Source: Chiloscyllium plagiosum (Eukaryota). From it: a stretch of DNA of 47,198 nt. Each line of letters opens with the position of its first letter. Position 1 is the stretch's first letter. The stretch lies in contig NC_057746.1 of the NCBI RefSeq assembly GCF_004010195.1, forward strand, positions 9,437,183 through 9,484,380. The letters run 5' to 3'. Positions 33,560 through 46,211 of the stretch are shown here, in pieces. The position numbers and the translations under genes were made by a program. Below the pieces are notes generated by a model. It was not told the origin of the DNA. It did no database searches and worked only from the letters and a program-made list of their open reading frames with translations.

Positions 33560-36500
33560 ATTTGGAATAGACAATAGATGCATGAATAGGCCATTCGGCC
33601 CTTTGAGCCAGCACCAACCATTCATTATGATCATAGCTGATCATCCATAATCAGTATCCTGTTCCTGCCTTCTCCCCATAACCCTGATTCCACTATCTTT
33701 GAGAGCTCTATCCATCTTTTTCTTGAAAATATCCAGAGACTTGGCCTCCACTGTCTTCTGGACAGAGCATGCCATTGATCCACCACTCTCTGGATGAAGA
33801 GGTTTCTCCTCAACTCTGTCTGAAATGGCTTACCTCTTATTTTTAAACTGTGTCGTCTGGTTCTGGACTCACCCATCAGCGGAAACAGGCTTCCTGCCTC
33901 CAGAGTGTCCAATCCTTTAATAATCTTATACGTCTCAATCAGATTCCCTCTCATCCTTAAGTGTATACAAGCCGAGTCGCTCCAATCTTTTAATGTATGA
34001 TAGTCCCATCATTCTGGGAATTGACCTCGTGAACCTATGCTGCACTCCCTCAATAGCCAGGATGTCCTTCCTCAAATTTGGAGACCAAAATTGCACACAA
34101 TATTCCAGGTGTCGTCTCACTAGGGCCCTGTACAGCTGCAGAAGGATCTCTTTGCTCCTATACTCAATTCCTCTTGTTATGAATGCCAGCATATCATTAG
34201 CTTTGTTCACTGCCTGCTGTACCTGCATGCCTGCTTTCATTGACCAATGTACAAGAACACCTAGATCTCATTGTACTGCCCCTTTCCCTAACTTGACTCC
34301 ATTGAGGTAGTAATCTGCCTTCCTGTTCTTGTCACCAAAGTGGATAGCCACACATTTAAACACATTAAACTGCATCTGTCATGCATCCATCCACTTACCG
34401 AGCCTGTCCAGGTCACCCTGTATTCTCCTAACATCCTCCTCACATTTCACCCTGCCACCCAGCTTTGTGTCCTCAGCAAATTTGCTCATATTACTTTTAA
34501 TACGTTCATCTATATCATTAATGTATATCGTAAATAGCGGCAGTCTCAGCACCGAACGTGTAGTACCTCACTGGTCACCGCCTGCCATTCTGAAAGGGAC
34601 CCATTTATCACTACTCTTTGCTTCCTGTCAGCCAGCCAATTTTCAGTCCAAGTCAGTATTTTGTTCCCAGTACCATGCGCCCTAATTTTGCTCACTAATC
34701 TCCTATGTGGGACTTTATCAAAGGCTTTCTGAAAGTCCAGGTACACTACATCCACTGGATCTCCCTTGTCCATCTTCATAGTTGCATCCTCAAAAAAATT
34801 CCAGAAGATTCGTCAAGCATGATTTCCCCTTCGTAAATCCATGCTGTCTCTGACCTATCCTGTCACTGCTATCCAAATGAGTCATAATTTCATCTTTTAT
34901 AATTGACTCCAGCATCTTTCCCACCAATGACATCAGGCTAACCAGTCTATAATTCCCTGTTTTCTCTCTCCCTCCTTTCTTGAAAAGTGGGACAACATTA
35001 GCCACCCTCCAATCTGCAGGAACTGATCCTGAATCTATAGAACATTGGAAAATGATTACCAATGTGTCCACGATTTCTAGACCCACCTCCTTAAGTACCC
35101 TGGGATGCAGACCATCAGGTTCCAGGGACTTATCAACCTTCAGACCTAACAGTCTATCCACTACCATTTCCTGCCCAATATAAATTCCCTTCAGTTCATC
35201 CATTACCCTAGGTCCCTTCAGCCACTATTACACCTGGGAGATTACTTGTGTCTTCCCCAGTGAAGACAGATCCAAAGCACCATTCAACTCTTCTGCCATT
35301 TCCTTGTTCCCCATAATAAATTCACCCGTTTCTGTCTTCAAGGGCCCAATTTTAGTCTGAACCATGTTTTTCTTTTCACATACATATAAAAGCTTTTACT
35401 ACCTTCCTTTATATTTTTGGCCAGATTGCCTTCATACCTCATTTTTTCTCCACGTATTTCCTTTTTAGTTCTCCTCTGTTGCTCTTTAAATGTTTCCCTT
35501 TCCTCCAGCTTCCCGCTCATCTTTGCGATGCTATACTTTTCTTTTCTTTTTATATAGTCCTTAAACTTTCCTCATTAGCCAAGGCTGCCCCTGCCTCCCC
35601 TTACGGTCTTTCTTCATCTTTGGAATAAACTGATCTTCTCCCTTCTATATCCAGAAATACCTGCCATTGTTGTTTCACTGCCATCCCTACTAGGGTATTG
35701 AACCGTTGAACTTTGACCAGCTGATAGCTCCATAGTTCCCTTTGTTCAACTGCAATACTGAAATTTCCAATGCTCCCTTCGCCGTCTAAAATTGCAGATT
35801 AAAACTAGTCATATTATGGTCACTACCTCCTAATGACTCCTTTACCTCATCAAATCCAGTTCATTGCACAACACTAGATCCAGAATTGCCTTCTCCCTGG
35901 TAGGCTCCAGTACAAGCTGTTCTAAGAATCCATCTCGGAGACAGTCTACAAACTCCCTTTCTTGGTATCCAGTACCATCCTGATTCTCCCAGTGTACCTG
36001 CATGATGAAATCCCCCATAACAACAGTAGTAATACCTTTGTGACAGGCCAATTTCAACTCCTTATTCAACTTACAACCTACATCCAGGCTACTGTTTGGG
36101 AGCCTGTAGATAACTCCCACTTTTGGACTTTCTATCCCTTCGAATGTCACAGCTATACGCATACTGACTTGACATCTCCTGATTCTGTGTTCCCCCTCGC
36201 AAGGGACTGAATATCATTCCTCACCAACAGGGCCACCCCACCCCCTCTGCCTGTCAGTATGTCTTTTCAATACCACATATAGCCTTGAATATTCATTTCC
36301 CAGGCCCTGTCAACTTGAAGCCAACATCGTGCCTGCCAATTTCCAACTGAGTCTCAAGCTCTTCCACCTTATTTCTTATGCTTCATGCATTCATATATAT
36401 TTTTCTTAATGAGTCAGTTCCCTCACCCTTCCTATCAGCCCTTCTTTCAATTGACCATACTGTATAATCCCTTCTTGAGTTTCCTGTTCCATTGATTCTG

Positions 36501-36800
36501 TTGTCTTTCTTCTGTTATTCTCACTTTTCCTTGAACTGCCTTCTTGAATTTCCAGTTTGTCCACTGCTCCCACCCCCAATACATAGTTGAAACACACCTG
36601 TGTTGCAGTGGCAAGTCTGCCTGCCAGAATGCTGGTCCCCCACCCTATTATGGTGCAACCCGTCCCTCTCGTATAACTTATCCTTACCACAAAACATACC
36701 CCAGTGATCAAAGAATTTAAATCCTTGTTTCCTGCACCAGTTCCTCAGCCACATATTTAAATCAAGAATGACTGAACAATTTGACGATCTCTGCTGCAGT
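33560..36800 (-). mobile_element. CR1 LINE with ORF2 and part of ORF1 (SGNH esterase), decayed
   Basis: Minus-strand ORF pieces 35842-36162 (EN), 34790-35203, 34546-34779 and 33935-34240 (RT). ORF1-like LRNWCRKQGFKFFDHW..RDGLH at 36521-36811. Confidence 0.93.
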
Positions 36801-37331
36801 AAAGACAACACAGAGTGTTAACTGGATAAAACTCACTAATATTATGTGGGTCGTTTAATAGATTAGATTTAGATGACACATTTTCACTTTTACAAGTCCC
36901 AAATATTGGACTGTAAATATACAACGACCACTAATAAGTCCACAAAGGAATTCAAGAGAAACATCTTGACTCAGAGAGGCCATGAGAACTGGTTTTGAAA
37001 AGGAGGGGTTAAGATAAGTAGGAAAGGTGACATTTAAGTATCATGTCAAAAAGTGTTGTTCTTAATGAATTTGCTCACACATGTTGGAAAATAACTCAGG
37101 GATTTTCCAACCCAGGAGTATTGATACTACTGCTGTTCCAAAGACCAATCAAAACACCAACAAATTGAGGACTTAGTGATGATAATATTGTTAAGTATCA
37201 AGGCGAGGTTGAAACTGATCATGTCCTGTCAGTCTGTGGTGTGACTATTACTTGAAACCTATCAGCTTGAGCCTGGATGTTGTCCAGTTCACAGGATGCA
37301 GAAGCTTCAATATTTAGAATCATCAGCAAGC

Positions 37332-37700
37332 AGGGCTGCACAGTGGCTCAGTGGGGAGCACTGCTGCCTCACACCTCTAGGGAACTAGACATGACTCCAG
37401 TCTTAGGTAACAGTGTGTGTAGAGTTTGCATGTTGTCCTTATGCCTGTGTGGGTTTATACTGCCTAATCCCGTTTCTTCCCACAGTCCAAAAAAGAGCAG
37501 GTAAGGTGGACTGACAATGATAAAATCAAATTGTCCGTACTGTCTGGGGATGTGCAAGCGAAGTGGATTACTCATCCGCCCAGTAAATGTGGAGTTGCAG
37601 GGATAAGGTGGGGGGCTGTCTTTGGAGGGATGTTCTGGAGGGTCAGTGCAGACCTGATAGGCTGAATGGCCCCTTTCAACACGTTAGAATTTCTATGATT
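37332..37700 (+). mobile_element. HE1/V-SINE, decayed, within an L2-type fragment
   Basis: gtggctcagtgg..gcactgctgcctcac. Confidence 0.75.
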
Positions 37701-38304
37701 TCCCCTGTTCATCTATTGTGATGGAGGGAAGTTAATTGATGAAGTAGCTAAGGGTCTAGGGTACTACTGTCAGGATCGCCTGGTGCTGAGATGATTTGCC
37801 TCCAATTTTCACAACCATCGTCTCTTGTGGTAACTCCCACTCCAGCCAGTGGAGAGCTTTGCTTATAATTCCTACTGACTTGGATTCCATGAGTGTTGCT
37901 TTAGGTTGCTTGGTGAAGTATTGCTGTGACGACAAATGAATTCACTTTCATGTCACATTGTGATTTTAACTATTTTATCTAAGGATGGCCCAGTGGAACA
38001 CAAGAGGTGTCAGTGAATAGATGAGTGAGAGTTGGATGATTGGACTCTCAATAACATACTGAATTACTTTGCTAGTGAGGTAGGATTTAGCCACACTGAC
38101 ATGTTCCTGCTTTTCCTGCACAGGGAGACCCAGATAATTCTCCAATTCTTTGGAGATTGATAAACCAAATGAATTTTATATATAAGGACACTTGGAAATA
38201 TAGATGTCCATATCATTAAAAAGTAATAGTCCAAGCTGATGACGACACAGGGTGTTTATAGAAATATTATTTCTGAGCTGTAGATTGTCTTTATGTGACA
38301 GAGC

Positions 38305-38630
38305 ATGTGGGCAGCATTGTGGCTCACAGCACCAGGGATCAGGTTCTATTCCAGCCTTGGGCAACTGTCTGTGTGGAGTTTGCACATTCTCCCCATGTCT
38401 GCTTGGGTTTCCTCTAGGTGCTCCAGTTTCCTCCCACAGTCCAAAGATGTGCAGGTTGGGTGAATTGGCCAAGCAAATGGTAGTCATGGATGTGCAGGTT
38501 TGGTGCATTAGTCAGGGGAAATGTAGATTAATAGGGTAGGGGAATGGGTCTGGGTGGGATACTCTTCAGAGGGTCTGTATGGACTTGTTGGACCAAAGGG
38601 CCTGTTTCCACACTGTAGGGAATCAAATCT
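38305..38630 (+). mobile_element. HE1/V-SINE
   Basis: gtgtggagtttgcacattctcccc..cctcccacagtccaaagatgtgcagg. Confidence 0.85.
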
Positions 38631-38684
38631 TCATGGTCAATACGGAGAAAAGGCCACAATTTCCAGTGGGAGAATGTGTCTATT

Positions 38685-38962
38685 TAGAACATAGAACAAT
38701 ACAGCACAATTCAGGCCCTTCGGCCCTCGATTTTGCGCCGACCTGAGAACTATTCTCAGCTCGTCCCCCTACACTATCCCAAAATCATCCATGTGCTTAT
38801 ATAAGGATTGTTTAAAGCTCCCTAATGTGGCTGAGTTGACTACATTAGCAGGTAGCATTCCATGCCCTTACCACTCTCTGCGTAAAGAACCTGCCTCTGA
38901 CATCTGTCTTAAATCTATCACCCCTCAATTTGTAGCTAGGCCCCCTCATACACGCTGACATC
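38685..38962 (-). mobile_element. CR1 3' end
   Basis: tagaacatagaacaatacagcac tail; similar to the 46212 end. Confidence 0.8.
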
Positions 38963-39740
38963 AAGAATAGGTTTCTGGAAAAGTTAGACAAGTCAACTGC
39001 ACCATCTGATTTAAAACCAGATGACAGTTTGCTGTGTGGTTCCCAGTGTGGTTTCTACCCTTTCTCTCGGACTTCCTCTTCCAGTTCTTTGACATTCACA
39101 TTCTTGTCACGTCTCAATTGGGAAAAATGTGCTGACAATCGTGTTCTATACATCAATTGATTTTCTCTCCTGCTGTGTTTGTCCATTTACTGCCTGTCTA
39201 CACTTTCTGTTCAGGTTTGGACTGACAGAATTGTTGGCAACAATTTTGGAGGGAGGCAATGTGGGGACAGAAATAGCAAACCAATTTTTTAGTCAATAGA
39301 TTTAATTTGCATTTTTTATGGATTTACTCTGTTAACAACTTTCCATTCTAAATATAGCAGGTCTAATATGAAGAAATTATGTAACATAAACCCTTGCTAG
39401 GTTCGCAGTCATGGAAAGGTCACATTCTCGCTGACACAAAATGTGAGTGGAAGGTTTCACAGGCCATGTTGACCACAATTCCACAATCAACAGATCAGAT
39501 CGAAACTCTACTGTCCTGTTACAGCCAGTCATGGAACGGTCTTAAATAGTAGCGAAGAATTAAATGACTCAGGACACGGAGAGATATTTGCTGAGATATC
39601 TGTGTCATTGACAGCAGCAGGTGAGGTGATGGAAGACTGGAGGTCGGCTAATGTGTGACACTATTTAAGAAAGGTGGTAAGGAAAAGCCAAGGAACTATA
39701 CAGGAGTGAACCTGACATCGGTGGTGTGCAAGTTTTTTTT

Positions 39741-40039
39741 TAAGATTACTTTAGATTTTTTTTTAGGTTAGATTACTTTACAGTGTGGAAACAGGCCCTT
39801 CGGTCCAACAAGTCCACACCGACCCACCGAAGCGAAACCCACCCATAACCCTACATTTACCCCTTACCTAACACTACGGACAATTTAGCATGGCCAATTC
39901 ACCTGACCTGTGGTCTAGACCGACGCAGACACGGGGAGAATGTGCAAACTCCATACAGTCAGTCGCCTGAGGCGGGAATTGAACCCGGGTCTCTGGCGCT
40001 GTGAGGCAGCAGTGCTAACCACTGTGCCACCATGCCACC
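39741..40039 (-). mobile_element. HE1/V-SINE
   Basis: Reverse complement matches 31736-32065. Confidence 0.9.
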
Positions 40040-40831
40040 CACAAATTCTTGGAGAGAATCCTGAGGGACAGGATTTAAATGTACTTGGAAAGGCAAGGAC
40101 CGATCAGGGTTAGTCAACATGGCTTTGTGATGGAAAATCATGTCTCCCTAACTTGACTGAGTTTTTTTGAAGAAGTAATGAAGAGGATTGATGAGGGCAG
40201 AACAGTGGACATGATCTATATGGCATTTAGTAAGGCACTCGACAAGGTTCCTTGTGGTAGACTGGTTAACAAGATTAGATCACATGGAACACAGGCAGAA
40301 TTAACCATTTTAATACAGAATTGGCTCGAAGGTAGAAGACAGAGAGCATTGCTGGAGTGTTGTTTTAAAGGCCTGTGACCAGTGGTCTGACACAAGAATT
40401 TGTGCATTATCCACTGCTTTTCATCATTTATATAAATGATTTGGATCCAAACATAGGAGGTATAGTTGGTAAGTTCGTGGCTGACACCAAAATTGGAGGT
40501 GTCCTGGACAGTGAAGAAGGATACCTCAGATTACAACAGGATCTTGATCAGATGGGCCAATGGGCTGAGAAGTGGCAGATGGAGTTTAATTCAGATAAAT
40601 GCAAGATGCTGCATTTTGGGAAAGCAAATCTCAGCAGGACTTATACACTTAATGGTAAGGTCCTATGGAGTGTTGCTGAACAAAGAGACCTTGGAGTGCA
40701 AGTTCATATTTCTGTGAAAGTGGAGTTACAAGTACATAGGATATTGAAGAAGCCTTTGGTATGCTTGTTTTTATTGATCAGAGCATTGTGAATAGGAGTT
40801 GGGAGATTATGTTGCAGCTGTACAGGACATC

Positions 40832-41110
40832 GATTAAATTCGATTACTTACAGTGTGGAAACAGGCCCTTTGGGCCAACAAGTCCACACCTACCCTCCAA
40901 AGAGCAACCCAACCTGACCCATTCCCTTACACCTAACACTATGGGCAACTTAGCATGGCCAATTCACCTAACCAGCACATCTTTGGACTGTGGGAGGAAA
41001 CCCACGCAAACACCGCATCCACACAGACAGTTGCCCGAGGCGGGAATTGAACCCGGGTCCCTGGCGCTGTGAGGCAGCAGTGCTACCCACTGTGCCACTG
41101 TGCTGCCCCA
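40832..41110 (-). mobile_element. HE1/V-SINE
   Basis: Reverse complement matches 31736-32065. Confidence 0.9.
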
Positions 41111-41483
41111 TGAGGTCACTTTTGAAATAAAGTGTGCAATTCTGGTTTCCCTGCTATAGAAAGGATAGTGAGAAAATGGAAAGGATTCAGAAAAGATTTC
41201 CAAGTGTGTTGCCAGGTTTGGAAGGTTTGAACTGTCGGGAGACACTGAATAGGCTGGGGCTATTTTTGCTGGAGTGTTGGAGGCTCAGTAAGAACTTAGT
41301 AATTCATAAAATCTTGATGGGTGAATAGGATGAATGGACCTCTCCTCTCTTCCACCCTCTACTCTCTCCCCCCCTCCAAACCCACTCTCCATCACCCTCC
41401 CACCTCTCCTCCCCACCCCATCTGTCCCTGCTTCTCCTCCTCCCGCAGCCATCTCCTCATTTCGCCTCCCCTCCACCCCTACG

Positions 41484-41824
41484 NNNNNNNNNNNNNNNNN
41501 NNNNNNNNNNNNNNNNNNNNNNNNNNNNNNNNNNNNNNNNNNNNNNNNNNNNNNNNNNNNNNNNNNNNNNNNNNNNNNNNNNNNNNNNNNNNNNNNNNNN
41601 NNNNNNNNNNNNNNNNNNNNNNNNNNNNNNNNNNNNNNNNNNNNNNNNNNNNNNNNNNNNNNNNNNNNNNNNNNNNNNNNNNNNNNNNNNNNNNNNNNNN
41701 NNNNNNNNNNNNNNNNNNNNNNNNNNNNNNNNNNNNNNNNNNNNNNNNNNNNNNNNNNNNNNNNNNNNNNNNNNNNNNNNNNNNNNNNNNNNNNNNNNNN
41801 NNNNNNNNNNNNNNNNNNNNNNNN
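41484..41824. other. Assembly gap (341 N) inside a C/T-rich low-complexity tract (about 41340-41940)
   Basis: Run of N flanked by pyrimidine-rich sequence. Confidence 1.
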
Positions 41825-42065
41825 CCCTCTACTGCCACCATCTCCCCTCTACTCTCCTCTCCCCTCTCCTCTTGTCTCCTCGCCACCCGCACCACCCCTC
41901 TCGTCTCCCCATCCCCATTTCCTCTCTCCTCCTCCCTTTATTGCAATTGGAAGTTGAGCTCGATAGATGACCTCTTGAGTGTAAAACTCAGCTCATATTT
42001 TCTTCTTATCCCCACCCTTTCTCATTTGTGTTCACCAGCAGAAGTAGGAAGTTTTTTTAAAAAAA

Positions 42066-42138
42066 ATGACAGGAGGACCTCATGGCGTGTTGCTGCTGCT
42101 TCTCCTGAATGTCTTCCGAGTGCAGCCATCCCTGACCG
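42066..42138 (+). CDS. Probable first (signal peptide) exon of a secreted or membrane protein gene
   Basis: aaaATG; MTGGPHGVLLLLLLNVFRVQPSLT+G followed by a consensus donor G|gtgagt (phase 1). Hydrophobic leader, and CpG-retaining sequence follows. Confidence 0.6.
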
Positions 42139-42619
42139 GTGAGTATTCTCGACTGTGTTTCCAAGTTGCTGTGCGCTCGCCGCTTCTGACCCGAGACTGC
42201 AACAGGCAGAGAGGTTTCTGGAGTAGTTTTATTAAAAGGGGATGGAGTTTGGCGCCTTTGTAAAGCTGTGAAACCTATCCTCTGTTTTGCACACAGGCAA
42301 TATTTATGGCTTTGTCTGTTTTCTTTTGTTGTCACTGGACGTCCGTTTTGTCTCAGCTCTCGACTGTCCTAAGCAGACGTCCTGCCGCCATTACTCAAGG
42401 TCACAAAAGTCAAGACCGACTCAATGAGCTTCTTAAACGTTAGCCGTGAAAGCAAGGTGCCCTCCTGACCTGTTGATGCTCCGCGCACACGAAAGAGAGA
42501 GGATGACTTGCATTTATGTAGCACCTTTCACGACGCACGGTAGCCTAAAGAACATTACCGTTCTCTCGCTACCACGCACCTCCCAATAATTCACTTGAAA
42601 TGTTTGCAAGCATATGTTA

Positions 42620-43130
42620 CTAAGAGTTATAGAGACACACAGTATGGACACAGACCTTTTGGTCCAACCAGACCACACCATGTTCCCAAACTAAAGTAGC
42701 CCCACCTAAATGGGCTTGACCGGTTGGAACTGTACCCACATCCACCACTCCCTCTGGAAATTCATTCCACGCAGCGATTACTCTGTATAAAAATAATTTT
42801 TTGCAACTTTCGCCTCTCACCTTAAAAATATGCCCCCAAGTTTTGAAATCTCCTACCCGAGAGAAAAGACATGTCATTCACCTTATTTATACCCCTCACG
42901 ATTTTATAAACCTCTAGAAGGTCACCCCTCAGCCTGCTACACTCCAGTTAAAATTAAGGCCCAACCTGTCCGCATAACCCAAACCCTCCATTCCAGGTAA
43001 CATTCTGGGAAAACCTTTCTGAATCCTCTCCAGCTTAATAATATCCTCTTTTATTACCACTAGACCAGAACTGGACACAGTACTCTAGAACAGGCCTCAA
43101 CATCCTGAACAACCTCAACATAGTTCTGGA
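42620..43130 (-). mobile_element. CR1 3' fragment
   Basis: ORF 42620-42877 GHIFKVRGE..RVIAAWNEFP. Confidence 0.8.
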
Positions 43131-44044
43131 AGGACCTGAGACAAAAGCCTTTCCTCATTCAGTTAACACACCTTATAGCCTTTGAACTGTTTGAAAATGA
43201 TTTGAAACCTGTTGCAGGAAAGGCATTGGTTGATTTGAGCATGTGTTCCCTTTAACTGCAGTGTGCCAAGGGCTGTTTCATTGTTGTCACCAGCATGATC
43301 ACACTGTGGGTTGACTGTTCAGTTTTACGTTTTGGGATGGTTTGTTTTTAGAGCAAAGAAAATCTGTAACTCTGGCCTCCCATGGAGACAGGATTGAGAA
43401 TTGAGGTGTGGCGCTGAGGATGGTCAAAGTCTCCTGTGTTTCACGCTTGAAGTGATTGGCCCCATAAACCTGTTGAAATGCGCCTCTTTCCATTCTCTGT
43501 TCAAGAACCAGTGTCCTCTGACTGCACCTGTTCTCCTTTCAAAATGAAGTCATCCCTTCTTTCAGTTCTGTGCAAGACACTGCGTTGTTTGGCGGAGAAA
43601 ACTTTATGCATCTTGTTTCCCAAGCTTTTCAGTATGATGACTCAGTTCCATGAGAGATACAATTCTGTCGTCTCAACCACTTTTTACAGCAGAATGAATG
43701 CTCACAAACAGCACATTTGCACCCATTTACAATGATTACTAATGAGGTTTGCAACATAATGCATACAAAAAGCTAAAGAAAGAGGCAAATGCATTCTTTT
43801 TCAGTGTGGTTACTGCTTTGTGGGACTTGTTGCTTTCCTCTAAAGTTAACTATGAAACTGTAAATGCGAGAGTCAGTGGTTTGATGGCTGTACATTTTTA
43901 TTTCATTTTTTATTAATTGCATGTAGGTGTTGGGTTAGCGTTTTATTTTGATGGCCCCCAGTTGCCTTTGAGGTGGTGATATATCTGTACAGAAGCTGGT
44001 ACTGAATCACCCTTGATTTACATGTGCACAGTACATGACACCAA

Positions 44045-44172
44045 CATTCCTGATGAAGGGCTTTTGCCCGAAACGTCGATTTTGCCTGTCCTCGGATGCT
44101 GCCTGAATTGCTGTGCTCTTCCAGCACCACTAATCCAGAATCTGGTTTCCAGCATCTGCAGTCATTGTTTTT
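44045..44172 (+). mobile_element. Single Penelope-like terminal repeat with intact minimal hammerhead core
   Basis: CTGATGA-A-GGGC tttt GCCC-GAAAC-GTC at 44050-44077; downstream it matches the 9130-9250 family. Confidence 0.8.
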
Positions 44173-44221
44173 ATCACACCTAGCCCAGAGGCAGCTCCCA
44201 CAGTGACCAGAGCCCCTGACC

Positions 44222-46150
44222 CTTTTGTTTCGTTTTGTTATTGTATTAACTAGTACAAGTTACAAGCAAACAATTCACATAAACAGCCGTATACAAGAAG
44301 CAGCAATTTAAAAGGGGAAAGGGATGTCAAGACCAGACCCCAAACCCCACCGTACAACCAGTTTACAGTGAAACGAGGCCAGACCTCGAATCCTACCTTG
44401 CACTATCAAGATGATAACAGTAAAACACAATCACATGCAGACAGTCTGATAAACTGAACAAAGAAACTGCATATAACAGATACCCCTTGCAACATAGCAA
44501 ACCATTCATCACTCCTACCTTCCGGTCACTCAAAGGCAGTCCGCCCCTACGCCCCTTACAGCTCTCAGTTTGCCCCATGTGACACTTTTTAAAAAAATTT
44601 TATCAAAAAATTATAAAACAGTTTACAAAAAAACAGTTAACATTTACAGCTGTATACAAGAGACAGCAATTTTACAAGGGAGAGGATCGGCAAAACCAGG
44701 CCCCAAATCCTACCGTTCAACCAGTTTACTGGGAGTTGAGGACCAACCCCAAACTCCAGTTTCAAACATGACAGACAGCAACCACGACATTTGTACATAA
44801 AAAGCCAATCCAGTTACATAAAAACCGTGCATACACTACAGCAAGCTCTCGTCCCTCCCACCTTCCGGCTCTCAGTCGACCCTGACACACGTTTCGACCA
44901 TCTCTAGGACAGCCAGCCCCGGTGCCCGCCCAGTGTGACAGCGGTCAGGATGGCTACCCGCCTTCTGGCTCTCAGTCTGCCCCTACGTACCATTGGGCTC
45001 TCACCCACCCCGATGCACCGTCCGGCCAGTAGACTACTCTGACACACCTTCCAGCCACCTCTAGGACAGCCCGTCCCCTCCCCCAGGGATGGCAGCGTGC
45101 AGGGCAGCCCACAAGCCTTCCGGATCTCAGCCTGCCCCTACGCGCCTTCTGGCTCTCGGTTCCTCTAACATACCTTTCGACCACCTCCAGGACAGCCCGT
45201 CCCAATTACCCCTTTTCGGGACGACAGCGCTCAGAACAGCCGACACACCTTCTGGCTCTCGGGGCGACTGGCATCGGGGTAGCCTACCCACCCTCTGGCT
45301 TTCGGGACAGCCTACCAACCTTCAGGTTCACAGGATGGCCTACCCACCCTGCAGCTCTAGGGGTAACAGCTTTCAGGATGACCCATGAGCCTCCTAGGTC
45401 ACAGTAAGGCCTGCCAGACCCAGGGACACGCAAGACAGTGCAGGTGATAAGCCCAACAAACAATACAATAGAGTTAATTGTGAACAAACAGAGTGCGTTC
45501 TGGTACACACAGAGTCTAAATATGAAGTCTTCAAAAATATAGAGTCCATTCTCAGGAACAGAGTCCACTCCAGTTTACAATGTGCATTGTCAGAAGTGGA
45601 ATCCACTCCAACTGCAGAGTTCACCACTAAAAACAGGGTCCACAACCAAGGGCAGAGTCCACTCCCAAAGGCAGCAAATGCACACCTCACAGCGCACAGG
45701 TGTTCAGTCTCCATGGAGTCTTGGCACATTTTTGTGAGAGCTAGGCCCACTCACAGGAACACAATATATTTTAAAAAAAGGTGCAGTTAACTCCCAGGAG
45801 TTTTGGTCCACACCTGAAGGCAAGGTCTTCTCCAAAACTCCAGGGTATTGCAAGTGCTCACCTCCCAGCACATGCAGAGGTGTTCAATCTTCAGAGGACC
45901 AGTCCCAGGCCTCCCCACAGAAACAGCTCCTCTGGTAAAATGTATGTCTTCCACAAGGGCTCAGTCCAAACACCAAAAAAACAGTGAGGATACATACAAA
46001 AAAAACCCAAAGAAAACTAGAATCCAAGGGCTAAGTCCGACCACAAAAATCTACATTTTTAAAAAAACTTTTCAGAAAAGGACAAAAGTAAAGCATAACC
46101 GGCTGTAACCAGCCAGTGAAACAACAATCCACGAATGAGAGCTGAGACAC
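44222..46150 (-). repeat. Unclassified composite repeat with internal tandem modules
   Basis: About 90-bp direct repeat 44281/44645; recurrent ccttc(t/c)ggctctc and ctaggacagcc motifs; minus-strand AATACA plus A-rich end at 44222-44247. Confidence 0.5.
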
Positions 46151-46211
46151 CTGAAACACATTGCGTGCATCAGGAGTTTAACAATCCGTCCTCACTAAAA
46201 GGAATACCAGT

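Larger units (their letters stand above)
39575..41330 (+). mobile_element. Decayed CR1 ORF2 fragment split by two SINEs
   Basis: FSKALDKVP, KFVADTK, QWAEKWQMEFN in ORFs 40178-40791. Confidence 0.88.

Noticed and set aside
39055-39186. 43-aa minus-strand ORF MDKHSRRENQ...KELEEEVREKG in apparently unique DNA
   Set aside because: Short, with an in-frame stop directly upstream, no recognised motif and no splice context.
41321-42142. Long ORFs of 138-273 aa
   Set aside because: Artefacts of translating through the N gap and low-complexity sequence.
44850-45360. Repeat-spacer-like pattern resembling a CRISPR array
   Set aside because: Repeats are degenerate and irregularly spaced, the spacers resemble each other, there are no cas genes, and the context is vertebrate.
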